From an uncultured Candidatus Saccharibacteria bacterium (GTDB taxonomy: Bacteria; Patescibacteriota; Minisyncoccia; Phycocordibacterales; UBA5272): DNA of 64,000 nt. Shown here one piece after another: positions 8,975 through 18,673 of the stretch (its first letter is position 1; each line of letters begins with the position of its first letter). Below the pieces are notes generated by a model. That model saw only the letters and a list, made by a program, of their open reading frames with translations, was not told where the DNA came from and searched no databases. A program made the translations under genes and the position numbers. The stretch spans positions 1,070 through 65,069 of the forward strand of contig CAZIHL010000001.1 of the NCBI GenBank assembly GCA_964538815.1. Direction: 5' to 3'.

Positions 8975-11008
8975 ATGAAAAATAATATTATTCTCCCAGA
9001 TTGGAAGGAGATTTCTAAAATTTTAAAATTTAAAGAAAAAGATTTTAATAATCTCTTAAATAGTTTTGTGGAAAATAAAAAAGTTATTTATACAGAAATA
9101 AAATCTATTAAAAAAGAAGACAGAAATTTTGAGAATACTATTTTAGCTCTTGAGAATTCTGGTAAAGATTTTACTGATACTTTTTATCAGATAGGAGTTT
9201 ATGCTATTACGCATAAAGATAAAGCATTTAGAGATTTGGCAAGCAATTTTCAAAAAGAATTATCAGAAATAATGACAGATCTTGAGTATGATAAAGATCT
9301 TTATGTTTCTTTTATAGAATATTATGAAGAAAATTATAAAAAAGAAAAAAAGAATTTAGATAAAATTTACGGAGAAGGAAGTGCAAAGCTTGTAGAAGAT
9401 GAATATAAATCTTTTAAAAGAATGGGTTTTAATTTAAAAGAAGTAAAACAAAAAAGATTAAAAGAAATAATTAAGGAAATTTCTAAATTATCTATAGAGT
9501 TTTCTAAAAATATTGATGAATATAAGGATTTTATTTTATGTACCGAAGAAGAAATAAAAGGCCTTCCTAAAAATTTTGTAGAGACTTTAGAAAAAGTAGA
9601 TGGGAAATATAAAATAACTTTAGACTACCCAATCATTATACCGTTTTTGCAATATGCAGACAATAGAGTAAAAAGAAAAGAAATCGCTGATAAAAATTAT
9701 AAAAAGGGTGGTGAAGAGAACTTAAAAATCCTTTCAAAAATTGTAAATCTTCGTAATGAAAAAGCCAAATTATTAGGATTTAAAAATTTTGTTGATTTCC
9801 AGACAGAAGACAGAATGGCAAAATCTGAAAAAGGGTCGAGAGATTTTGTAGAGACTTTAATTAAAAAATTAATTCCAAAATCCAAAAAAGATTTAGATAC
9901 TTTAAATAAATTTGCCAAAGAAAATTTAGACCAATATAAAAATTTAAAAGAAATAGAATATTATGATATTTCTTATGTCGCCAATAAATTAAAAGAAAAT
10001 AAATATTCTTATGATAGCAGTAAGCTTAAAGAATACTTTAAGCTAGAAAATACTTTAAAAACAATGTTTTCTATTTTTGGAGAATTATTTAATTTTACTG
10101 TTAGCGAAGTAAAAGATGTTGAAGCAAGAAAAATCGTAGCGGATAAAGAGGTAAGAATTTATGAATTTAAAGATAAAAAAAGTAAAGAAATTATTTCTTA
10201 TCTTATTTTAGATCTATTTCCAAGAGAAGGAAAATATGGGCATGCTTGTTCTGCTGAATTTATAAACAGCGGCTATTTTGAAGAGAAGAGAATAATTCCA
10301 ATAAACGAGCTTATTTGTAATTTTGGGAAACCATCTAAAAAGCTTCCTTCACTTTTAACTCTTGGAGAAGTAGATACTCTTTTCCACGAGCTCGGTCATG
10401 GATTACATTTTATGTTTACTAAAGCAAAACATGGAACTCAAGCTGGTTATAATGTTGTCTGGGATTTTGTAGAAACTCCGAGCCAGATGTTAGAGAACTT
10501 TTTATTTGAAGAAAATAATTTAAAAAAGTTAGCGATACATTATAAGACTGGTAAATCACTAGATAAAGAAACAATTAAAAAAATAATTGAAGGGAAAAAT
10601 TTCTTGAATGGATATAATTATTTGAGACAGAATATTTCATCTTTGTTTGATTTAGATTTACATTCAAACAAGATAAAATCTAAAGATAGTGCAAAATATT
10701 TTATTTCACTATTAAAAAAGTATCAAAATATAAATTTACCAAAAGATGCTATTTTCCCGGCTGGATTTGGACATTTAATAGGATATTCTGCTGGGTACTA
10801 TTCGTATATGTGGGCACTTGTTTACGCTGATGATTTTTATTCTGTATTTAAGGCGGCAGGAAATGATAAAAAGAAATTAAAAGAAATTAGCGAGAGATAT
10901 AGAAAAGAAATATTAGAAGTTGGAGGAAGTAGAGATGAAATGATTTCTGCTACAAAATTCTTAAAAAGAAAGCCAAAAAATAAAGCATTTTTAGAGAATT
11001 TAAAATAA
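8975..11008 (+). CDS. M3-family metallopeptidase (oligopeptidase A/thimet-like)
   Basis: HELGH zinc motif, WDFVETPSQMLE, GYSAGYYSYMWA. Confidence 0.93.
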   Translation: MKNNIILPDWKEISKILKFKEKDFNNLLNSFVENKKVIYTEIKSIKKEDRNFENTILALENSGKDFTDTFYQIGVYAITHKDKAFRDLASNFQKELSEIMTDLEYDKDLYVSFIEYYEENYKKEKKNLDKIYGEGSAKLVEDEYKSFKRMGFNLKEVKQKRLKEIIKEISKLSIEFSKNIDEYKDFILCTEEEIKGLPKNFVETLEKVDGKYKITLDYPIIIPFLQYADNRVKRKEIADKNYKKGGEENLKILSKIVNLRNEKAKLLGFKNFVDFQTEDRMAKSEKGSRDFVETLIKKLIPKSKKDLDTLNKFAKENLDQYKNLKEIEYYDISYVANKLKENKYSYDSSKLKEYFKLENTLKTMFSIFGELFNFTVSEVKDVEARKIVADKEVRIYEFKDKKSKEIISYLILDLFPREGKYGHACSAEFINSGYFEEKRIIPINELICNFGKPSKKLPSLLTLGEVDTLFHELGHGLHFMFTKAKHGTQAGYNVVWDFVETPSQMLENFLFEENNLKKLAIHYKTGKSLDKETIKKIIEGKNFLNGYNYLRQNISSLFDLDLHSNKIKSKDSAKYFISLLKKYQNINLPKDAIFPAGFGHLIGYSAGYYSYMWALVYADDFYSVFKAAGNDKKKLKEISERYRKEILEVGGSRDEMISATKFLKRKPKNKAFLENLK

Positions 11009-11188
11009 AGAAATAGTAAAAGATATTTATTATTTAATGACGCTTTGAAAAAAAATATTGCTATATTAATATAAAATAAAATACCACGTATTGCGAATAA
11101 AGATGTTCTAGATATAGGACGTTTTTATTTACATTAATCTGTTTTTATGCTATTATATTTCAACTTAAAAATTATCTAAAATAAAAAT

Positions 11189-12994
11189 ATGAATCAAGAA
11201 TATAAAGAAATTAGAAATATAGCAATAATAGCCCATGTAGATCACGGAAAGACAACTTTAACAGACGCTTTAATGAAAGAGTGTGGAGTACTTGAAGATG
11301 GAGTATCAATGGACTCAAATGATCTAGAAAGAGAAAGAGGTATTACAATTTATGCAAAAAATACATCTGTTATTTACAAAGGGACAAAAATAAATATTCT
11401 TGATACCCCAGGACATGCGGACTTTGGATCAGAAGTAGAACGTGTGCTTCGTTCAATTGACTGTGTGCTTCTTTTAGTGGACGCACAAGAAGGTCCAATG
11501 CCACAAACAAGATTTGTACTTAAAAAGAGTTTAGAGCTTGGACTTAAACCAATTGTTGTGATTAATAAAATTGATAAGCCAGCAAGTGATGTGCAACGTG
11601 TGCATGATGAGGTCTTTGAATTATTCCTAGAATTAGGTGCAAATGATGAGCAGTTAGACTTTACAACTGTATACGCTATTGGACGTGAAGGAGTAGCTAT
11701 GAAAAGAATTGATGACGAAAAGAAAAATCTTGAGCCACTACTTGAAACAATTTTAGAGAAAGTTCCTAAAACTGGGGGAGATATAGACAATTCTTTTGTG
11801 GCGCAGGTGTTTAACCTGGCTTATGATAATTTTCTTGGAAGAATGGCTGTGGCTCGTGTATACGAGGGACAAGCAAAAGTAAATGAAACTATTTTCGTAA
11901 AAGACCCTTTTACTAGAAATACTATAAGTGGAAAAATTACAAAAATTTATACTTTTATCGGAGTAAATAAAGTTGAAACTGAATCAGCAAACGCGGGAGA
12001 TATTGTAATGATTGCTGGATTTCCAAATATTTTTATTGGAGAAACATTTTTGAAAGACCAAGCAGGTGAAGGTAAACCTGCGATTCATATTGATGAGCCA
12101 ACAATCTCCCTAAACTTCTTAGTAAACGACTCACCGTTTGCAGGAAGAGAAGGAAAATTTGTAACTTCACGCCAAATTAGAGATAGACTTGAAAAAGAAC
12201 TTGAAGTAAATGTTGGATTAAAAGTAGATTTTGATAATACAGATAAATATCTTGTGTATGGTAGAGGGGAAATGCATATCGCGGTGCTTCTTGAAAATAT
12301 GAGAAGAGAAGGATATGAGTTACAAGTATCACAGCCACAAGTAATTTTCCATGAAAAAGAAGATGGTACTAAAGATGAACCATTTGAAGAAGTGGTAGTA
12401 GATGTACCAACAGAATTTTCTGGAGTAGTTATGGAAAAGCTTGGTAGAAGAAAAGGAATGGTACTTGATATGAGCGAAAGAGACGGCATTACTCGTATTA
12501 AAGCAGAAGTTCCAACAAGAGGATTACTAGGATACAGAGGAGAATTTATTATTGATACAAAAGGTCTTGGAATTCTTTCTTCTAGATTTAGAAAGTTTGA
12601 TAGTTTTGTGGGTGCAATACAAAGAAGACTCGTTGGATCTATGACTAGTATGGAAAATGGTAAAGCACTTGGATTCTCACTTTTCAATCTTCAGGATAGA
12701 GGAACACTTTATATCGCTCCTGGAGTAGAAGTATATTCTGGACAAATTATTGGAAACACGAGCAAAGGAGAAGAAATGGTAGTAAATCCAACAAAAGGAA
12801 AGCAGCTTACAAATATGCGTGCTTCTGGAAGTGATGATGCTATTACTCTTGTACCAGCTTGGGAACTTTCAATTGAAAGAGGGCTTGAAATTATGAATGA
12901 AGATGAGTATCTTGAAATTACTCCAAAAAGTGTGAGACTCCGAAAGCAAATCCTTGATGAAGGAATGAGAGCAAAAGTTAATAGAAATAAATAA
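11189..12994 (+). CDS. typA: Translational GTPase TypA/BipA
   Basis: AHVDHGKTT, DTPGHADF, GRGEMH and C-terminal LTNMRASGSDD. Confidence 0.97.
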   Translation: MNQEYKEIRNIAIIAHVDHGKTTLTDALMKECGVLEDGVSMDSNDLERERGITIYAKNTSVIYKGTKINILDTPGHADFGSEVERVLRSIDCVLLLVDAQEGPMPQTRFVLKKSLELGLKPIVVINKIDKPASDVQRVHDEVFELFLELGANDEQLDFTTVYAIGREGVAMKRIDDEKKNLEPLLETILEKVPKTGGDIDNSFVAQVFNLAYDNFLGRMAVARVYEGQAKVNETIFVKDPFTRNTISGKITKIYTFIGVNKVETESANAGDIVMIAGFPNIFIGETFLKDQAGEGKPAIHIDEPTISLNFLVNDSPFAGREGKFVTSRQIRDRLEKELEVNVGLKVDFDNTDKYLVYGRGEMHIAVLLENMRREGYELQVSQPQVIFHEKEDGTKDEPFEEVVVDVPTEFSGVVMEKLGRRKGMVLDMSERDGITRIKAEVPTRGLLGYRGEFIIDTKGLGILSSRFRKFDSFVGAIQRRLVGSMTSMENGKALGFSLFNLQDRGTLYIAPGVEVYSGQIIGNTSKGEEMVVNPTKGKQLTNMRASGSDDAITLVPAWELSIERGLEIMNEDEYLEITPKSVRLRKQILDEGMRAKVNRNK

Positions 12995-13045
12995 TTAATA
13001 AAAATACTATTCCAAAAGGGTGTTTTTATATGATATAATTTATTT

Positions 13046-13150
13046 AGTTATCAATACTGTCCCGAGAGTAATGTGTATCCTAAATACAATCCCGAGCATT
13101 CACTTGTTAGGTCTTTAAAAAGACAAACCAAAAAGGAGTATTGAATAGTA
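13046..13150 (+). ncRNA. Candidate structured small RNA (family unknown; strand inferred from promoter)
   Basis: TGATATAAT at 13031-13039; closing stem TCAATACT (13051-13058)/AGTATTGA (13137-13144); internal hairpins; terminator at 13168-13198; no ORF. Confidence 0.5.
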
Positions 13151-13167
13151 TTTTTAAAATTAAATTT

Positions 13168-13198
13168 AAAGCAGTATTAATATTTAATACTGTTTTTT
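13168..13198 (+). terminator. Intrinsic terminator after the candidate ncRNA
   Basis: CAGTATTAA-TAT-TTAATACTG followed by a T run. Confidence 0.65.
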
Positions 13199-13250
13199 AT
13201 TTTTATATTTTTTTTATGCTACAATATATTTATAAAAAATTTTAAAAATT

Positions 13251-13856
13251 ATGGCGCATGTACGTACAAAAAGAAAACCAAATACTAAAAATATTGGAAG
13301 AATAATACTCTCAGTAATTCTTGTATTTGGGCTTATGGCAGTATTAATTACTTTCAGTAATTTAGTAAAAGGAAAAGATTTAAATTTTAATCTTCCTAAA
13401 ATTGGTGCAGCATCAGCTGGAGCTGAAGAGGCTCCATGGATACTTGATGGACAAGAAGTGCTTTTCTCAGGAAAAGGAGATCAAATTTTTGTACAACTTG
13501 CTAGTACTGAAGTGGAAAGAAATGAGGGTCTTTCAGGAAAAGATAAATTAAAGATGTATAATCAGGATGGAAAAATTGTAACAGAAGGAATGCTTTTTGT
13601 ATTTGATTATTCTCAGATTACAAGTTTTTGGATGAAGGATATGAAGTTTGATTTAGATATGATTTGGATGGATTCTGATTTTAAAATTTTACATATAGAA
13701 AAAAATGCAAAAGCTTCTTCATATAATGCACAAAATCCAAATTCTTCACAATTTTTCACAAGTGGAAATACTCCTGCAAAATATGTACTTGAAATAAATT
13801 CTGGTTTTACCGATAAAATGAATTTGAAAGTGGGAGATATATTGAGAATGCAGTAA
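13251..13856 (+). CDS. DUF192-family protein with N-terminal TM
   Basis: GLSG...EGMLFVF...FWMKDMKFDLDMIW...YVLEINSG. Confidence 0.9.
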   Translation: MAHVRTKRKPNTKNIGRIILSVILVFGLMAVLITFSNLVKGKDLNFNLPKIGAASAGAEEAPWILDGQEVLFSGKGDQIFVQLASTEVERNEGLSGKDKLKMYNQDGKIVTEGMLFVFDYSQITSFWMKDMKFDLDMIWMDSDFKILHIEKNAKASSYNAQNPNSSQFFTSGNTPAKYVLEINSGFTDKMNLKVGDILRMQ

Positions 13857-13858
13857 TA

Positions 13859-13899
13859 AATACAAAAAGAGCGAGCCAAAGACTCGCTCTTTTTGTATT
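13859..13899 (+). terminator. Intrinsic terminator
   Basis: AATACAAAAAGAGCGAG-CCAAAGA-CTCGCTCTTTTTGTATT perfect hairpin. Confidence 0.8.
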
Positions 13900-13956
13900 A
13901 AAATAGATTAAATTTTTCTCTTTTAATTCATTTTATGCTATATTTTAATAAAAAAG

Positions 13957-15732
13957 ATGGAAAATATAAGGAATTTTTCGATTATTGCACATATTGATCA
14001 CGGTAAGTCTACACTGTCAGACCGTCTTTTAGAATTTACTCATACAGTTGAAAACAGAAAAATGAAAGATCAAGTTCTCGACTCAATGGAGCTAGAAAGA
14101 GAGAGAGGCATAACAATCAAAATGACTCCTGTACGAATGCAATATAAAAATTATATTTTAAATTTAATTGATACTCCAGGACATATTGATTTTTCTTATG
14201 AAGTTTCTAGAAGCTTGCGCGCTGTAGAAGGAGCGATACTTTTAGTGGACGCAACTCAAGGAGTGCAAGCGCAGACTCTCACAACTCTTGAAATGGCAAA
14301 AGCTTCTGAACTTAAAATTATCCCAGTAATAAATAAAATTGATTCACCAATTGCTGATGTAGATGGAGTTAAAAAACAGATTATGGATTTATTAAAAGTG
14401 AGTGAGGAAGAAATTATTTTAGTTTCTGGTAAAACAGGGCAAGGAGTAGAAATACTTCTAGAAGAGATAATTAAAAAAGTTCCAGCTCCAAAGCTAGAAA
14501 TAGTGCAAAGTAAAAGTTTTAGAGCCTTAATCTTTGACTTTGAATATTCAAATCATGAAGGGGTTATTTTGTATGTACGTGTTTTAAATGGAAATGTAAA
14601 AAGAAATGATGAATTACTTTTTATAAAATCAAAATATAGATTTTTAGTGCGAAGTGTTGGGACTTTTAAACCCGAGAAAAAAGAAGAAAAAGAGTTAAAA
14701 GAGGGAGAGATTGGATATATTGTAACAGGTATCAAGGAGCCAGGTGTAGCGAGAGTAGGAGACACTGTTACTACTTTTGCTCATCCACTTGCACCATTTG
14801 CTGGATATGAAGAACCAACTCCACTTGTATTTGCTTCTATTTATCCAGAGACTCAGGATGAATTTGATGATTTACGTAGCGCGCTTGGAAAATTAAGATT
14901 ATCAGACTCGTCACTCACTTTTGAAGAAGAAGCGAGTGGAGCTCTCGGCAGAGGATTTCGCTGTGGATTTTTGGGTATGCTTCATCTTGAAATTGTTACA
15001 GAAAGGCTTCGTAGAGAATTTGATCAGGAGTTAATCGTGACTCAGCCATCTATTACTTATGAAGTAGAAATGAGAGACCACACTATTGAAAAAGTTTATA
15101 CTCCAATTCATTTTCCAGATCATGGAGCATATTTAGGAGTTAGAGAGCCTTGGATACATTTAACTATTATTGTGCCAAATGATTATCTTTCAAATATGAT
15201 GCAGCTTTTTCAAAAGCATGAAGGAGAAATTGTAGATATGCTTGATTGGGGAGAAGGGAGAGTGAATATTAAGCTTAATATGCCACTACGTGAGCTTATG
15301 AGAAATTTTTTTGATGAACTCAAATCTGCTTCTAGTGGTTACGCTTCTATTTCATATTCCATGGGAGAAATGAAAGACGCAAATGTTACAAGGCTTGATG
15401 TGCTTGTGGCAGAAGAAAGAGTGCCAGCATTCTCTCGTGTAGTTGCAGAATGGCGCGCCAATGAAGAAGCAGAAGAAATAGTGGAAAAGCTTTATAAAAT
15501 TCTTCCAAGAGAATTATTTCGTGTAAAAATTCAAGCTGTAGTAAAGGGGAGGATTATAGCGTCACGTAGTATAGCTGCTATGAAAAAAGATGTGACAGGA
15601 TATTTATATGGAGGAGATATTACAAGAAAAATGAAGCTCCGCGAGAAACAAAAAAGAGGAAAGAAGAGAATGCAAGCAGAAGGAAAGGTGAGAATTGAAC
15701 ATGATACGTTCTTGGAACTTATGAAAAAATAA
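13957..15732 (+). CDS. lepA: Elongation factor 4 (LepA)
   Basis: IRNFSIIAHIDHGKSTL, GFRCGFLGMLH, C-terminal YGGDITRKMKL. Confidence 0.97.
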   Translation: MENIRNFSIIAHIDHGKSTLSDRLLEFTHTVENRKMKDQVLDSMELERERGITIKMTPVRMQYKNYILNLIDTPGHIDFSYEVSRSLRAVEGAILLVDATQGVQAQTLTTLEMAKASELKIIPVINKIDSPIADVDGVKKQIMDLLKVSEEEIILVSGKTGQGVEILLEEIIKKVPAPKLEIVQSKSFRALIFDFEYSNHEGVILYVRVLNGNVKRNDELLFIKSKYRFLVRSVGTFKPEKKEEKELKEGEIGYIVTGIKEPGVARVGDTVTTFAHPLAPFAGYEEPTPLVFASIYPETQDEFDDLRSALGKLRLSDSSLTFEEEASGALGRGFRCGFLGMLHLEIVTERLRREFDQELIVTQPSITYEVEMRDHTIEKVYTPIHFPDHGAYLGVREPWIHLTIIVPNDYLSNMMQLFQKHEGEIVDMLDWGEGRVNIKLNMPLRELMRNFFDELKSASSGYASISYSMGEMKDANVTRLDVLVAEERVPAFSRVVAEWRANEEAEEIVEKLYKILPRELFRVKIQAVVKGRIIASRSIAAMKKDVTGYLYGGDITRKMKLREKQKRGKKRMQAEGKVRIEHDTFLELMKK

Positions 15733-15792
15733 AAATAAAATACCTAATATTTTATAAATATTATTTAATAATATGAAATATTAGGTATTTTA

Positions 15793-15903
15793 TTATGCAT
15801 TTAATAATGGAATTAAAAGAAATGCTATCATAGCTATAGCTATTAATACGGCGATTATTTTATATATAAATTCTATTTTCTTTCTTTGGCTACTTTTAAA
15901 CAT
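15793..15903 (-). CDS. Small single-TM protein (36 aa; not in ORF track)
   Basis: MFKSSQRKKIEFIYKIIAVLIAIAMIAFLLIPLLNA*. TGTTATAAT lies 15 nt upstream (15919-15927, minus). Converges on the hairpin at 15735-15794. Confidence 0.65.
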   Translation of the reverse strand: MFKSSQRKKIEFIYKIIAVLIAIAMIAFLLIPLLNA

Positions 15904-15975
15904 ATTTTTATTGTAAGTATTATAACATTTTTTTATAAAAATAAACATATATTTTTATATGTTATTATTTTATAT

Positions 15976-16362
15976 ATGAGAAAATATAAAGAGAGATTTC
16001 TATGGAGAAAAATTTTTTATAGCAATTTTACTATAATTATAATTTGCTTTTTGATTTTTTTTATGTCGAAAAGTATTTATAATCTATGGATTAAATACAA
16101 ATTGACAAAATCTGATTATGAATTTGTTAGCCAACAAAAAAATGAAGCAGAAAATAAATTAAAATTAAATGAAATAAAATTAAATAATATAAACAGCGAT
16201 GAAGGTAAAGAAAAATATATAAGAGAGACATATTCTGTAAAAAAAGAAGGCGAAGATGTGGTGGTAATATACAATAGCCCAGAAACTACATATAATATAC
16301 CAAAAGGTGAGTCAAATTGGGAGGCTTTTAAAAAGTATATTAAAAAATTATTTGGATTTTAA
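15976..16362 (+). CDS. Septum formation initiator (FtsB/DivIC-like)
   Basis: Start ATG 15976 after TGTTATTAT. Basic N-tail, TM, coiled coil, then EKYIRETYSVKKEGE. Confidence 0.75.
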   Translation: MRKYKERFLWRKIFYSNFTIIIICFLIFFMSKSIYNLWIKYKLTKSDYEFVSQQKNEAENKLKLNEIKLNNINSDEGKEKYIRETYSVKKEGEDVVVIYNSPETTYNIPKGESNWEAFKKYIKKLFGF

Positions 16363-16396
16363 AAAATATGATATAATTTATATATTATATAAAAAT

Positions 16397-16648
16397 ATGA
16401 ATGATAAAAATAAAAAAATTGAAATATTTTCTACACAGACATGTCATTTTTGTAATTTAGCAAAAGAATGGTTAAAAGAAAAAGGGCTTGATTATCAAGA
16501 ATATGATGTGGGAATTAATATTGAAAAGAGAAAAGAGATGGTAGAAATGACAGGACAATTAGGGGTGCCGGTTATAAAAATAGGAGAAGATATTATAATT
16601 GGGTTTAATCCAAATAAAATAGAAGAAATATTGTCATTATCTGTGTAA
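16397..16648 (+). CDS. Glutaredoxin-like protein (NrdH/YruB type)
   Basis: CHFC active site and GQLGVPV motif; start at ATG 16397. Confidence 0.9.
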   Translation: MNDKNKKIEIFSTQTCHFCNLAKEWLKEKGLDYQEYDVGINIEKRKEMVEMTGQLGVPVIKIGEDIIIGFNPNKIEEILSLSV

Positions 16649-16724
16649 AAATAATAAAATAGACCATAAAAATCATGGTCTATTTTGTTTAAACATAATT
16701 TTGTGTTAATATATATAAATAATT

Positions 16725-16797
16725 GCCGGGATAGCTCAGTTGGTAGAGCGCTTCCCTGAAGAGGAATAGGTCGCCAGTTCGAGCCTGGCTCCCGGCA
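16725..16797 (+). tRNA. tRNA-Phe (GAA)
   Basis: Cloverleaf GCCGGGA...TCCCGGC-A; anticodon loop CT-GAA-GA; TTCGA T-loop; CCA not encoded. Confidence 0.95.
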
Positions 16798-16886
16798 CAT
16801 TTTTAATAAAAATACTTTTTGACTTTTATTTCTGCTTTTGTTAGACTCTTTTTTGGTATCACATTTTAAAATTTAAATTCTATAAA

Positions 16887-17312
16887 ATGAATAAAAATCA
16901 ATATATTGATAATGCTCATTATTTAACCAAACTAGATGTCTTTGATAGATATATGTCTGTCTTTCATAAAAATGAAGGACATGTTTTACTTTTACAACTA
17001 AAACAACATATTAACTCTATAATATCAAAATTAAGTATAAATACTGATAATTTTGATATTATAGAAACACCAACTGGCGTTTTTTTGTTTAAAAAAGTAG
17101 TAAAAATATCAGAAGATTTATTATATATGGAAGATTCTAGCTATATAAGTGAAGCTTATATCTTTTCACTTAAAAAAGAATCTTTTATAGAGACATCAGT
17201 AAAAAATGATTTTGTTTTTAATTCTGGTTGGAATAAATCATTAGAATTTTCCTATTCTAAAAATATAAATAAGAAAGTAAAAATAGATCCTGTAACTCAT
17301 ACTGAAATTTAA
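16887..17312 (+). CDS. Hypothetical protein
   Basis: 141-aa ORF with its own TTGACT-17-TAGACT promoter (16819-16847) and a downstream hairpin at 17317-17340. Confidence 0.6.
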   Translation: MNKNQYIDNAHYLTKLDVFDRYMSVFHKNEGHVLLLQLKQHINSIISKLSINTDNFDIIETPTGVFLFKKVVKISEDLLYMEDSSYISEAYIFSLKKESFIETSVKNDFVFNSGWNKSLEFSYSKNINKKVKIDPVTHTEI

Positions 17313-17340
17313 ATTAAATCCCGCTAAGCGCGGGATTTTT

Positions 17341-17631
17341 CTATTTAATATTATTTATAGTATTTTTTATTTGATCAAAGAAGCTTGTAGAAGTTCCATT
17401 GCTAAATGAGTCTAATCCGCTTTTAATAGTCTTATAATCAGTCATAACACCACTAATAGCTGGCTGTAGGAAATAATAAGCACCGAGAGCTGCTCCTATT
17501 AATATGATCCAATAAATAGTTCTAAATATATTTTGAATCTTTTGACTTCTGCGCATTCTTTTCAATATTTCATTGTTTTCCTCAGTAAGCTCTAGAATTC
17601 TATTCAGCTTGTCATTATTTTGATTTTCCAT
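17341..17631 (-). CDS. Hypothetical single-TM protein with N-terminal coiled coil
   Basis: LELTEENNEILKRMRR followed by TM IYWIILIGAALGAYYFLQP; -10 element 7 nt before the ATG. Confidence 0.75.
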   Translation of the reverse strand: MENQNNDKLNRILELTEENNEILKRMRRSQKIQNIFRTIYWIILIGAALGAYYFLQPAISGVMTDYKTIKSGLDSFSNGTSTSFFDQIKNTINNIK

Positions 17632-17674
17632 ACATATAATTTTAGCATAAAATATGATATATTTTTTAACAATA

Positions 17675-17746
17675 GCTCTCGTAGTTAAATGGATATAACT
17701 CCTCCGTCCTAAGGAGGGTTTGTGGGTTCGATTCCTGCCGAGAGCA
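17675..17746 (+). tRNA. tRNA-Arg (CCT)
   Basis: Acceptor stem GCTCTCG...CGAGAGC-A; anticodon arm CCTCC-GTCCTAA-GGAGG; GGTTCGATTCC T-arm. Confidence 0.95.
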
Positions 17747-17816
17747 CATATATATTTTTTTAAGAATTTATGGTAAGATTAGTCTATTCTTTTCTTTCAA
17801 ATATAAAAAATAAAAA

Positions 17817-18020
17817 ATGAGTAATTTAATGTTTTTAAATTTTAATGATTTTTTAATGAATCTCTCTTTTAGAGATAAAATTCAAAGTCATTATGATGTC
17901 AATAAAAAATATAGAATATTATTTATAGATACAATAAATTCAAAAATTTTGTTGTCTATAAATAATAACCTATTATGGTTTACTGAGATAGATTTTATTT
18001 TTGGTAGACTTTGTAGATAA
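17817..18020 (+). CDS. Hypothetical small protein
   Basis: 67-aa ORF filling the gap between tRNA-Arg and a bidirectional hairpin (18032-18056); no recognisable motif. Confidence 0.4.
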   Translation: MSNLMFLNFNDFLMNLSFRDKIQSHYDVNKKYRILFIDTINSKILLSINNNLLWFTEIDFIFGRLCR

Positions 18021-18059
18021 GAAAATAATTATAATCCCACAAATTTGTGGGATTATTTA

Positions 18060-18560
18060 TTAAATACTTTTTACCTTCACTTTAGCTTGTCTTGCTTTAT
18101 CAATCTTTGGAAGTCTTATAATTAGAAGTCCATGTTTTTCTACCGCTTCTACACTTTCAATTTCTATTTCGTGTGGAAGTAAGATACTTCTTGAAAATGC
18201 ACCCCAGTAAAGCTCTCTATAAAAGTAATCATCTTCAGAAATTTGAGTGTTTCCATCTCTTCTTCCTTTGATTGTTACCATATCACGAGTAATTGAGATT
18301 TGAAGATCTTCTGGTTTTACTCCTGCAAGCATAGCTTCAATTATAATTTCATTCGGAGTCTGATAAACGTCTACTGACAATTCTCCATCTTCTTCATCAT
18401 ATTCATTTTGTTCATTTTTATGATTTTCTTTTAAATTTTTAGATTGTTTTTTTTCTTCAAATTCAGTATCTTCTTCATCTTCATACTCTTCTTGGTCAGT
18501 ATCTTCTACCATTACTGATCCAGCAAGTCTTTCGAAAAATGATCTTTTATCTTTTGACAT
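18060..18560 (-). CDS. Hsp20/alpha-crystallin family small heat-shock protein
   Basis: GELSVDVYQT...RELYWGAFSRSILLP...GLLIIRLPK; acidic N-terminal region. Confidence 0.93.
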   Translation of the reverse strand: MSKDKRSFFERLAGSVMVEDTDQEEYEDEEDTEFEEKKQSKNLKENHKNEQNEYDEEDGELSVDVYQTPNEIIIEAMLAGVKPEDLQISITRDMVTIKGRRDGNTQISEDDYFYRELYWGAFSRSILLPHEIEIESVEAVEKHGLLIIRLPKIDKARQAKVKVKSI

Positions 18561-18673
18561 ATTTTTTCTATTTTTTTAAACTTAAAAAGTAAAACATTTT
18601 TAATGTTAATAATATTATACAATATTATTTTTATTTTGAGGGTAAAATAATTAATAGTTATCCACAATCGGTA

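Noticed and set aside
11009-11140. Possible gene remnant or ncRNA between the M3 peptidase and typA
   Set aside because: Only a G-U-rich terminator-like hairpin (about 11096-11129) is supportable; no recognisable coding fragment.
16495-16800. 101-aa minus-strand ORF
   Set aside because: It is the antisense reading of tRNA-Phe and the glutaredoxin gene.
16725-18020. Integrated element at tRNA-Phe or tRNA-Arg
   Set aside because: Orphan genes follow both tRNAs, but I found no integrase and no duplicated tRNA 3' end.
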